From NCBI RefSeq assembly GCF_964204645.1, contig NC_134030.1, forward strand, positions 18,746,210 to 18,810,209: a DNA stretch of 64,000 nucleotides, read 5' to 3'. Below the pieces are notes generated by a model. The model was not told where the DNA came from. It saw only the letters and a program-made list of their open reading frames with translations, and did no database searches. Below, piece after piece: positions 44,561-60,985 of the stretch. Each line of letters begins with the position of its first letter. Position 1 is the stretch's first letter. The position numbers were made by a program, and so were the translations under genes. The DNA is from Tubulanus polymorphus. Taxonomy: Eukaryota > Animalia > Nemertea.

Positions 44561-45577
44561 GGGCCGAAGGCCACCGAAAATTTTGAGTTACGTCTCTTTA
44601 GTACCACAGCAGACCTACGGCAGTCATAAATGAATGACGATGAAATCGTGAAGGAAGCACGTTTCTCCCGGTTTTTACATATAAAATGAAAACTTGGGCA
44701 TTTATCCTTGTTAGGGAATCAATAACATACACATGTATATCTCATAGAGTGATTGAAGACACTTAATTAACTCATCTGAAGTGACCCAACGTTGCTCAGA
44801 TTTCTTTCTGCTTCTGGTCCTTTAAAATGACAAAAATCGAACTTTGTAATAGCCGACGAATTAGGGACTGTTTGCCGTTCATGTTCGGGTCCTAGAACCT
44901 TTCATATAAACCGACGTGACGGGCGCGTCATGTGCTGTTACAATGTGATGACACCCGGCAACTAACGTTCTCGTCGTTAGCTGTTTCCAGCGTTTTCGCT
45001 TTATTTGTGGATATTCAAGGACTGAGCATGTCGATGTATACAAAGTAAAGTAACACTAGAAGCTAGTACTGAAAGGTCGAAACGAGAGAATTTTATTGGA
45101 AATGTATATTTTATTATAACCATGCAGATTAAGGATTACCAGATATCGGATTGTCCTTTATTACAGCCGCCCGGTCATAGTTCACCTCGTCTACCACCAT
45201 TTCAACTGGTCTTTGTATTTTTTCTTTGCCAGTGGCTTTGCGTTTGCTTTGGTCGTTACATTGGCCTTGCCTTTGCCCCTGACGTCTGCGATGAGGCAGA
45301 TAAAGCTGATCTGGGTTAGGTCTTCGCCCAGCATGTGCGCTAAGGCCATCTATCGTGGTATAAGTTTTTCCTTCCACAGTGTTTCCACCCTGCGGAGTAG
45401 TAAGTGATCGCGGAGTGTTGCTTGTCTATTTATCAGAGAACTGTTCCGGAGTGGTTCCACTCTGCGGAGTAGAAAATGGTCCTGGAGTGTTGCTTGTCCA
45501 TTGATCAGATGTATAATCGTCCTTTACTTTATCTGCTGGGTCATTGTCCGTCGCTTTTACTTTCACTGTAGCTGGTC

Positions 45578-45730
45578 TTAACCTTTGCCTTCGAAGTGGA
45601 TCTCGTTCAGGTTTTCGCCAAGTCTGTGCACAGGGTCATCTACCATAATATTAGCAGCTCCCCAAATATGACTAAATTGAGCATGCGCAATTACCATCAG
45701 AATGATCGCTAGCGTAAAAACCTTCAGCAT
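45578..45730 (-). CDS. Second copy of the small signal-peptide ORF
   Basis: Same 50-aa peptide as 12396-12548. Confidence 0.4.
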   Translation of the reverse strand: MLKVFTLAIILMVIAHAQFSHIWGAANIMVDDPVHRLGENLNEIHFEGKG

Positions 45731-46230
45731 CGCGATTTTCTCTGAAAGAGAAGATTTAAACATAAACATATCTTAATATGATTTTCGGCGTTTAGCCGTA
45801 CCATTTAGCAAAATAATAGGAACTCATAATGACTTAATGCCTTATTCACTTATCATAAGTTTGAAATTTGCTTATACGTTAAACGTTTCTACATTTACGT
45901 AATGAATGACTATGACTGAAGAGCTTGATGATAAAAGTTCTTTTTCAGAATATTCGTATTCTATCCCGAATATTTTGATTTTTGAGCTTCAAAATCGATT
46001 GAATTTGCATAATTCAGTTGCAGATAAACCCCCCATTGTGCGTGGTGGGTTGTCAGCAGCATTGGGAAAACGTGAAACTATTCTTATCTGTGCTTATAGT
46101 CTAAGCTTTCAAATCAGTTTTAACCACAAACCTATGTATTTTTCGTGGCGATTTATTGAAATTCGTTTTAACTTTTTTTCACGAAAATTAATCGCCGCTG
46201 GGCGACTTAAAGACCTTATGCAGAATGTCT

Positions 46231-46312
46231 CTGTGAGTGTTACTGTGAGTGTTACTGTGAGTGTCTATGTGAGTGTTACTGTGAGTGCCAATGTGAGTGT
46301 TACTGTGAGTGG
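46231..46312. repeat. 12-bp minisatellite (CTGTGAGTGTTA)n
   Basis: About 7 copies visible; absent from unit 1. Confidence 0.9.
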
Positions 46313-46394
46313 TCTACTAATGAAATTTTCAATTTTGATATTATCTACATATAATACAATGTATAATACTATAAGATGATTTAATATAATGTAA

Positions 46395-47077
46395 TTGGCC
46401 TGATCAATAAACTTAGTAACCCTAGTGTTCGCCTGTGTATTAAACGCAGTAACTCTAGTATTGGCCTGTTGAATAAACGTAGAAACCCTTGTGTTGGCCT
46501 GTTAATAAACGTAGCTACCCTAGTGTTCGCCTGTGTATTAAACGCAGTAACTCTAGTGTTGGCCTGGTGAATAAACGTAGAAACCCTTGTGTTGGCCTGT
46601 TAATAAACGTAGCTACCCTAGTGTTCGCCTGCTTAATTAACGTAATTACTCTAGTGTTGGCCTGTTGAATAAACTTAGAAACCCTTGTGTTGGCCTGTTA
46701 ATAGACGTAGCTACCCTAGTGTTGGCCTGCTTAATTAACGTAATTACTCTAGCGTTGGCCTGGTGAATAAACGCAGAAACCCAAACCCTGGCCTGTTTGA
46801 TAAACGTAGTTTATGAATGAACGTGCTGAATGAACGCAGTTACCCTAGTATTGGCCTAGTGAATGAATGTAGTTACCCTAGTGTTTGCCTGATGAATAAA
46901 CGTAGTAATCCTAGTGTTGGCCTGTTTGATAAACGTAGTTACCCTAATGTCGGCCTGTTTAATAAACGCAGTTACCCTAGTGTTGGCCTGTTTAATAAAC
47001 GCAGTTACCCTAGTGTTGGTCTGATTAATAAACGTAGTTACCCTAGTGATGGCCTGGTAGGTAAACGCAGTTACCCG
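46395..47077. repeat. 32-33-bp minisatellite (TTGGCCTGTTGAATAAACGTAGTTACCCTAGTG), about 20 copies
   Basis: Period 33 (AATAAAC at 46961 and 46994); absent from unit 1. Confidence 0.95.
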
Positions 47078-47385
47078 TAAAACTAACTTCTCATTGAAAA
47101 TTGACGAATTCAAGAACTTCACGAACCTATTTTCATATTGTTTCCTCTGATTTCGATAGATTTTATGCCCGTGGTGTAAAACTGGATTGTCTGGAACTCG
47201 AACCGAAAAACCGGTTAATTAGAGCCGCCAACCACAAACCTATCCAGAACCAATTTTTGAAGGCCATTTTCATTTTTCAAAAGGTAAACCGTTAGTCAAA
47301 GTTTACGTATCAAATTAGAATAGGGTGATAAGTTTGTTTGCTTCTTTTTTGCCGAGTAACTTCTCGAATTGTAACAGGAAATATC

Positions 47386-50350
47386 AGTAAATGGAAGATG
47401 GCGTTTTCATACCAGAGGACGAGAGGACGACACGTCACTCATCACCACAAGCAATTTTTTTCCCTAATGAATGGGAGACAGTGAGTTCCAAACAGAAAAA
47501 AGTGATGTTAAAGAAAATCAATATTATTGTCCTTATTGTAAAAAATACATTGATAAATCTAATAAATCTCGGCATGAAAAAACTGTAAATCATAAAAAAA
47601 TGTTATAGATTTTGAGACACCAGAAAATTCCAATGAAAGAAAAGAACAATTAGAAAATATGAAAAAAGATGAAATTAAATGTAATGTTTGTAATGAATTT
47701 ATAGCAAAAAGGAATTATAAAAGACATCTCGAATCACAAAAACACCAAAAAATTTTAATATAAATGTTTTAGGAACATAATATTTTGATTATAAACCACA
47801 ACAAGTAAAAAAAAAACAGTTTCAAACACTAAATCTATTTCAAATAAACCTTATATGGAAAATGTTAGAAATTATATCGATTCGCTAGAAATAAAAGATA
47901 CAATTGAAATTTTAGAAACATTACGTAGTAAAATTGGTCCTTTAGCTATTATATTTAGATTTTTTAAAGGTGCAACAATAGAAGATTATAATAAATATAT
48001 TGAAATTTTTATAAAATCAGAAGCAAAAATGGATTATAATATTCAAACACATTCTGAAGATATAATTTCAAAAACACAAATAAAAGAGAAATTAGAAAAA
48101 AATATTTAATGAATTTAAACGTCATATTGAAGAAAGATATTTTGAGGGTTCTGGTTTAACATTGCATGAAATTATATTTTTAGATTTTAATATTTATAAT
48201 ACAAAAAGGAATAAAGCATCAAAAAGTAATACAATGTTTAAAAATGATTCAAACTTTACAGCAGAAAAGGATATTAAAGGGCACATGCCCACTAAATAGA
48301 ATATCATATAAAAGTCATTCTTTAAAGTAATATATTCACAAATTATAAATATGCTACTGATTTTAATTTTAGTTTAGCCTTCTCTGAGAAATAAGACTTT
48401 TAAATCGGCAATTTCAGCACGTGCTCACTGTTATTGTTTATGTGTGCAGGTGCGTGTTTCTGACGTCATATTTGTTGAACGCTAACTGTTTCTAGTCATT
48501 TCACTGGACATTTCAAAGGTCATTTTATCCTCTCGGAAGATTTTTAGAATAAATGAATTCTAAACTATTGTATATGTTGGTGCCATTATATATGACATAA
48601 TAAATATATATTAGTGGGTGTATTATATAGCTGTGATTAAAGCAAACAAATGATGTTGATTTTATAGATTTTATATAGGCTACTGCGCACTGTGAGCACA
48701 CACGTGCTTGGGTTTATAACAAAGATACCGTCAAAAATAGCGCCGACTGCGGAATGTAGGTGAACTACGTAAGTCAAGAATAATTAAACGTCTAATTAAG
48801 AGCTAATCTGTCATCTTCGTTCGATCAGTCACATCTCAGGTTGTTATTTGTATACAAAAGCAGCATTTGGTTTACTAGTCACGAAAAGTACAATTTATTG
48901 GGCATGTGCCCTTTAAAGCATGATCTTATGTTGAATTACCATTCACAACAAAAGCAGTAATAAATGTTCAAAATGAAGATAATAAATTTTCCTATGGTCA
49001 CTTAATAGTTGTTTACACCCAACAGAAGATAATACGCATAGTTTTAAAATAACAGATTATCGGAAATATGAAACATTTTATAAAATTGATTAATATTCAG
49101 TAAGTATAAAGATGATTCCTAAAATAGAAAAAGTTAATAATTTAAAAATAAATGTATTCGAATTAATGCAATTACCAGAGACAAAAGGTGAAAATGTTAA
49201 AGATTATACATTAGAAGCTTTATATTTAACAGAATATTATGATGATAAAAATGTTATACATTTATTATACTATAAAAAAGATGAAAATGAGCATTATATG
49301 TGGTTAAAACAAATAGATTTATTCTTTAGATTTTGAATCGTTAAATAAAGAATTAACTGATCAAGATAGATAAGTAATATACAACAAAAAGCAAATTTTA
49401 AAATCGATGGATAAAGGAAATGAACTAAATGGAGATACAATTTAAGACCCTCCAACTATACTTAAAATCAGATGTTATGATGTTGGCTGATATATTTGAA
49501 AAATTTAGAGAAGTTAATTTAAATAATTTGTTGATCCTTGTTATTGTTATTCAAGTCCTGGTTTTACCGACTAAAGAATTGAAAAACGACAATCATATCA
49601 TTTTAATTTTGAGAATAAAAAAATTATTTATAATGAAAATGCATCAAATATTGGTATTCAATGTGAATTTGATAATAATTATTCTTATAAAGATATTGGT
49701 ATTCAATGTGATTTAGAAAATGAATTTAGAAAATTCAATCCTAATGAAAGAGTGTATTGTTATTGCGGAGGTAAATATTTAGAATCACATAAATCGAAGC
49801 ATTATCAAACAATTAAACATATCAATTATGGAAAGAATAATAATTCGACAATGAGTTGCATAATTAAAATCAATTTCATCTTCTTTAAGGTTTATTTGAA
49901 ATAGATTTAGTTTTTGAAACTGGTTTTTTTACTTGTTGAGGTTTATCATCAAAATATTCTGTTCCTAAAATATTTTTATTTAAATTTTGTTGGTGTTTTT
50001 GTGATTCGAGATGTCTTTTATAATTCATTTTTGCTATAAATTCATTACAAACATTACATTTAATTTCATCTTTTTTCATATTTTCTAATTGTTCTTTCCT
50101 TTCATTGGAATTTTCTGGTGTCTCAAATCTATAACTTTTTTTAATGATTTACAGTTTTTCCATGCCGAGATTTATTAGATTTTTCAATGTATTTTTTACA
50201 ATATGGACAATAATATTGATTTTCATTAACATCACTTTTTTCTGTTTGGAACTCACTGTCTCCCATTTATTAGGGAAAAAATTACTTGTGGTGATGAGTG
50301 ACGTGTCGTCCTCTCGTCCTCTGGTATGAAAACGCCATATTCCAATTACT
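47386..50350. mobile_element. Non-autonomous Maverick/Polinton derivative, copy 2 (2965 bp)
   Basis: Same site and TSD AATATC (47380-47385, 50351-50356); TIRs ~47386-47853 / ~49886-50350. Fragmented pPolB including ExoIII-like LYLKSDVMMLADIFEKFR (~49455-49509) and DPCYCYSSPGF (~49533-49565). Confidence 0.88.
48278..48912. mobile_element. 635-bp non-autonomous Kolobok-like DNA transposon nested in the Maverick
   Basis: TTAA TSDs (48274-48277, 48913-48916); TIR AGGGCACATGCCCA / TGGGCATGTGCCCT; empty TTAA site at 14388-14391. Confidence 0.88.
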
Positions 50351-50827
50351 AATATCAAAATGTTAAAAAGAAATAATTCCAACATTAGTCATCCGGACGA
50401 AACAATGATCTAAAATGGGGGAGAATAGTTAAGATAGGCCTAAGCGAAAACTTAAGAATCGGAGCCGGTTTTCACGAACGCGTGAACTGCAGTGTATGAA
50501 TCAGTGAATATCTTTGACCTTGGTGGATTTATCAAACATGCAGAAAACTTGTGCACAGTATGTATGTACAGGTATAACAAGCCCTTTTTCTACTGTAACT
50601 GCCTCGAGGCATTTAATATATGTGCATTGCTGAGTTGACTGCAGGCAAGTTTTATTCATCCCTCGATCTCTCGGTTCAGAACTTAATGGTAGGGTGGCTC
50701 TTGAGGAATTTCTGACTCGACAACACAAATTTTCTGATTGGATGAGGTCGCACCCTGATCGGGCCAATAAACGATTCTGCGAAACTAAAGGAGTTCCGTT
50801 CATTGTATCGTGTTGACGCTGTTCGGT

Positions 50828-53800
50828 ATGGATCGACTGAGAGCGCTGTTTCTAGCGTCGCTGATCGTCTGGCGAGTTAACATCGCACACGCTGTTCTGT
50901 CTGACTCTGTGACGATCAGTTCGTCTTGTAACAACACTTGGTACCCCGTCGATTCTACGTCCGGTTACATCGTTTCACCGAATTACCCGTCGTTTACGCG
51001 CGATGTTGAATGTCGTTGGTTCGTGAACAGTTCCTTACCGGGAACTTTCAACATCAAACTATACTATGACATCGAGCCGTCAATATTCTGTAGTGATAAC
51101 TACCTTCTCGTCGGTGAGTTCGATAACAGATTCTGCGGTGATGGAGAACATGAAATCCGCCGTAACGGTTTGATCTCGCTGTTGTTTAGGAGTAATATCG
51201 ATGGTGCGCGAGGTAGTCGGGTTTATATCATATATCGTTATGAACGAAGTCGATTGAAAGTCAGTCACATCTGTGGCGTGACATCTAATACTCTCAGATT
51301 AAAGAAAATTATTACATTGGAGGGATACAAATATTCTATAAGCCATCTAGAGAATTGTCGTTTGTTCCTGGAATGGATGGAGATGCCAGATGGTTTCGCA
51401 ATGAACCTGACTTTGGTCAAGATTAGTTTTGGAATGCATTTATCTGCTGATCCCGCGGGGACTGGTAAAATCTACGACGGATGGAACAGCAGCAGTGAAC
51501 CTATAGCTCTCATACCAGTACAAACCGGTCATCCAGCTTCATCATTCTATACTAAGACAAGTAAAACTATTATCTCTATGCTTGAATATAGACTGGATTT
51601 AAATTTTCAACTTTTGGTTCAGATGTATAAAATATCTGATTGGAACGTCTCTAATCCGTTAATTCAAATCTCTAATAACGAGTCTCGAGTGCTCATTCCT
51701 GATGACAACAGTTTACACGTAATAACCCGATCAAAACACTTACACTGCTGGTCTATCACAGTGCAGGTGTTACAGTACGTCGTCTTCAACTGGACACGTG
51801 ATCTCAGCACATCCGGTGACGTCATTGGTGTATATAAACTAGAAGGGTTACGCGTTGTAGGAACTGATATTTTACTCGGTTACAACTACCTGGAATCACT
51901 GAGTGTTAAATCTGACGGCTTTCTCGTCATACTGTGCGTTTTGATGAGCGCTGATGTGATGATGTCGAAACTAGAAATATCCTACAAAATCAATTCACTA
52001 ACAATAGGTAATTTAGACGTTGGGAAATCAGTGGTAAGTACTTCATCGTGATATCTGTATTGTCGGTATTTACTTCACGATATTAAACTGCGTTCAGCAA
52101 TTATTTCTTTCGAAAAATTAAAATGATGATGAAATGTAGGATTATTTCACATCGATATGTATCCTGTGCACGTTTAGTTTTAATGAAATGCACCCATCCA
52201 AATTGTCGTTCATATGAATCTACTTTTTGAAATTTACAACAAGCATATAACATCTTAAGTAGCGATGGAACGTTCATATGATTTTGTTTGTTGTCACAGG
52301 TACGCGACCCGCAGGAATGTTTACAATCATTCAGGCTATTTCCGTTTGTAAAAAGAAAAACGTTGACGTATCGAGTGATCGAACATAGGTTGAAATGGCG
52401 AGTGGAAATATTGGAAAAACGATTTAAACTGGCTGTCTTATCGAGAAACTGCGAGCGAGCTGGATTTTATATATATGATGGTGGTAATTTTACAGCTAGA
52501 CGCTATGGTCCGTATTGTCCTGGTGGTACCTATGGTCGGCCCGTCGTCAAGTTGATTACATCAGGAGGATCGGTTACTGTAGTAGGATACGCCTACGACT
52601 GGGATAATCAGCTAACAGTCAAGACTAACAAACTTTCATGTATCGCGCTTCACGCTACTGATTGTGACGGGCATGTGTTTAAGGACGGAGAAAATCAGCT
52701 CAAAACGACGTCAGACTGTATCGTGATTCTACCCGAAAACCGACGCCTTCCTTTAAGAAATATTTACATATTATCAGACCGTGAATATCAAATTGATGGA
52801 TGTGCTCCAGAATATTTGACGTTAGGCGCGTGCCGGTCCTATATGAATATCAGCAGTAGTTTTATTAAGGGAAATACCTCAACAAGAACTGTGTTAAACA
52901 AGGTATCATTTAATAGTCCTTATCCCTTTTTGAGTCCTGACCGATTTATCAAACTGAGACGAAAGTGCTATGGAACAAAAAAGGCCGGTTTTAGCCACGG
53001 GTATATCCCTCATGATGTGTGTGGACTTGTGCAATCGCCGAACTATCCCGGGCCTGCCGGAATTACTGTTCAAAGAATATTCTATGCAGTCAGTTATAGA
53101 TATCATAAGGGAAAATTTCGTTATTACAAATTCGTAATCAAATACATTGAAATGATTGAATGCGTTAAACAATCCAAATACTCTAAAGATGCAGTGTCGT
53201 TCGTACAATACTTTAGTGATACCGAAACAAAATTCCAACACGTTACTGAAACCGAACACAAACAAACAATCTGTGGACGACACGCAGGGCATATACTTTA
53301 CAGTCTGATGGCTTCTAGACATGAGTTCCAAGTGGCCGACAGAATCCCAACATTTCGGATACAATACATTCTACAAGAATCATTCCCAATAAAAGACCAC
53401 GAGAATAAGTGTGAGGCGGGATTTCTATATTCGGGAATTTCATGCGTGAAATACATCACAGATGAACGATTGAATTGGGAGAATGCTGAATTGTACTGTA
53501 GACAGAAGTATGCGGGACATCTACTAAGTATCAACTCAGAACAGGAGATGAATTCCATTAAAACGTTATTTGCTACAAAGCTTCTTTTAACTGCATATTC
53601 GAAGAGAGCACTCATTGTGTTGATTGGATTGAAAAAACAGGTAAATCTAATTTAAGTTGCATAAAGGTATTGATAACATTATCGGGAGTTGGGATCTCAG
53701 AAGAAGAAATTTACGGGGGAATTAACGGCCTCAAGTCTTAACGGTCAAGTTTAATTTCGGCACTAACTGTTATTAGCCAATGATTTAGTTCGTACCAGAC

Positions 53801-56800
53801 ATTACGCATATTACTATACAATTCTCTTTTTAGCCTGAAACCAGTTTTTACACGTGGAATGACGGCAAACCGTTGAGTTACACAGAGTGGTATAAACCAA
53901 TAAATAACGACACGATACCGGACGTACTTCAAGGGTTGATATCTTATGAAAGAAAACAACCGACAAATGACGTGAATATGCCGTGTACAGCGATGATACT
54001 GAATAATCCACGAGGATCAGCGAACTGGGTTCGATTCCCGTGTCAAATAGAAGAGGTTCACGTGCGATTCTTTTGTGAATCAGAAAGAAATGATATCAAT
54101 AAAAGTATGGCTGGGATAGAAAATGATTCAAAACATAATATGATATCCCAAATTAAACAAGGTATTTTGAATAACAATACGCTGAATACAATGTGTGCAA
54201 TAGGTTGGTTAGGTATAGATGGACAATGTTATCAGGTACTGACACGTTGGGAAAATAAGGAAACTTTTGACGTGGTTAGTGCAAGAGAAATGTGCAGTGA
54301 GGTACGCGGGGAAATAGGTATAATACAGGACTTGACGCAAGCCAAGGAGATGATTTTCAGATTTCGTTATCAGCATCAATATGGCGCTATATTAACTTTG
54401 GATTCTAGCAAGCAGTGGATGATAATGAAGCCATTTGTTACCAGGGATGAAATTACTTACGATCAGTCGGTTAATTGGGTAATGATACCCTGGGAAAATG
54501 CAAAAGACAAAATCCATTCTGTTTTGTGTTCCTATAATGTAACTGATGAAGAGTTGGCTTCTTTAAGTGGTTGTAAATCGTGGCAGTTTAAATGTAACGA
54601 TCAAAGATGTATCAGCGACCATCGCGTATGTGATACCAGACACGACTGTCGACACGGCGAAGATGAACTCAGTTGTACGGATATAAATTCATACAGTCAG
54701 TTTCAATGCTTTGATGGTGAGATTGTATCAATAAGTGGTTATTGTGATTTCATACAGGATTGTGTGGATGGTTCTGATGAGAATTCGTGTTTTCATCCCC
54801 CGTGTTTGTCCGAGGAATTTCGTTGCATCAGTGGTCAATGTGTCAGTGGGTCGAACAGATGTGACGGAGTAGCTAATTGTAAAGACAACTCCGATGAAAT
54901 TGAATGCACCTCTCAACTATGTCAGGGGTTCCTATGTATCAGTGGGGACTGTATCAGTTCTCAGTTGTATCAGGATGGAGTCGTGGATTGCACTGGAACT
55001 CTTGAGGAAGATGAAATAGTTACGAATCCTTATATTACAGTGAATCCTACGATATATTGCAATATTGAACACCACTGTACGACTAACTTCACAAATCTCT
55101 GTACAGAATCTAATGAACAAAGATGTTCTTTCGATTCTCCTCATTGCTATTCTAGACGTCACAGGTGTATTCTAGAACGAATGACAAATGGTTTCCCAGT
55201 TTGTAGAAACCTTGAGCACGTATTGAAATGTGAAGAATTTGTATGCCCAGTTGGTACAGTGAAATGTCCAGCATCGTACTGTATACCTATCAGACAGGTG
55301 TGCGATGGTCGGTCAGATTGTCCTAATTCAGAAAACGAGCGAAACTGCGAGACTTTGTCATGTCCGGGAATGTTTAAATGTAGCCAGGAAAAGCGATGTA
55401 TTCCACAGACTGAAGTTTGTGATGGTGTTGTGAATTGTAAACATACAACTGATGACGAGGCTTTCTGTAACGTCACGTGTCCTAAAGGTTGTGAATGTCA
55501 AGGGCATTCGATCAAATGCAACAATTCTCGGCTAACATATGTAAATGGAATTTTCCAAGCATCAACGCGAATTTTAATTTTGTCAAATAACCAAATTGTC
55601 TTGGACGTCTTTACATTTTCCCAATACGTTTATCTCCACATGCTCAACCTCACCGCCAATGAATTGTCTTACCTTTTACCAAACTCGTTCAAGAACCTGC
55701 ATAACTTACATACATTAGACCTCACGCACAATAATATAACATCATTATCCACAAATACGTTTACTGGTCTGTATAGTTTGAAAGAGTTATTCATAACTGA
55801 AAACCCACTACGTCGTTTAGAGGATGACACCTTCCAAGATTTAAAGTCACTTCAAGTTCTTGATCTTCATGGACTTTCCTTGTTCGTGCTTGACAAATTC
55901 GTATTTAGAGGTCTATCTTCTCTACGATCGTTGAATATCAGTGGTAACAGAATACGTCGTATTTCACTATACGCATTTTTTGGATTAACTACACTTGAGA
56001 CCCTCGATATAACCGATAATTACAAAGTCATTTCTGTAGATAGACAAGTTTTTGACAATGTAACGACATTAGCATTTCTAACGTCTGATGCTTATAAATT
56101 TTGCTGCATGGCTCCGAATGTTGACCAGTGCCTTCCCGAAGCTGATCAATTTTCCTCCTGTTCAGATCTTATTGGGAATACAGCTCTCAGAGCTATCATC
56201 TGGGTCATCGCTTCATGTAGTTTCTTTGCTAACGGATTTGTCATTTCCCTTCGCATTCGAGCGATTCGATTCTCCTCCTCAAATCCATCCTCAGACATCA
56301 TCATTATAAACGTTGCTTTATGTGATTTTATGATGTCTATATATTTGTTTCTGATCGCTGGAGCCGATTACATATATAAGGGAATCTACTTTCTCCATTC
56401 AGAATCGTGGACGGACAGTGCGCTGTGTCGTCTTGCCGGGGTCGTGGTATCTATTTCGTGTGAAGGCTCATTGACATTCTTGCTCATAATGACGCGTCAT
56501 AGATATTCAAATATCGTTAATCCTTTTTCTGTGAGCCTGATTACATCTCCGAGATATGTGTCCATTATTTGCTGTATATGTTGGGTTGTCCTGGGCATTA
56601 TTGCATTACTACCTCTTACACCTGTCCCGTACTTCGGAAGCAATTTCTACGGCGCTACAGGGGTTTGTTTACCTATGAATTTGATTTCCATTGATGTCGA
56701 TGCCTGGCATTATTCGTTCATTATTTTTTCTCTGTCTACGTCAGTCATACTTGCTACGATAATGGTGACTTACGCGCAAATGTACAGGCTTGTATCTGGA

Positions 56801-57082
56801 AGCAGGTCTGGTTCAGGAAGAGCTGATCCTACCGAACTGATTTTGGCCCGCAGAAGTTTGGTGATAAATCTTTGTAATGTAATTTGCTGGTTACCGTTAA
56901 TTATCGTTCAGTTTTGCGCGGTATTTCGGGTGGAAATACCGAATCAGGTAGCGGCTTGGCTTGGGGTTCTTTTCTTACCAATCAACTCGTCCCTTAATCC
57001 CTTTTTATATACAATACTGACTATTGATATGAAGTCCATACGAGCAAAAGCTATGCGCCAAATGAATTGGGTGAACAAATGA
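50828..57082 (+). CDS. B2: intact 1931-aa GRL101-like GPCR; exons 50828-52033, 52300-53640, 53834-57082
   Basis: Same exon lengths and splice sites as B1, open frame, about a dozen aa differences by eye. Confidence 0.93.

Positions 57083-60985
<3,903 letters not shown>

Noticed and set aside
46395-47122. 33-bp array as a CRISPR array or repeat protein (ORFs 46817 and 46856)
   Set aside because: No unique spacers, no cas genes, eukaryotic context; the ORFs arise from the 33-bp period.
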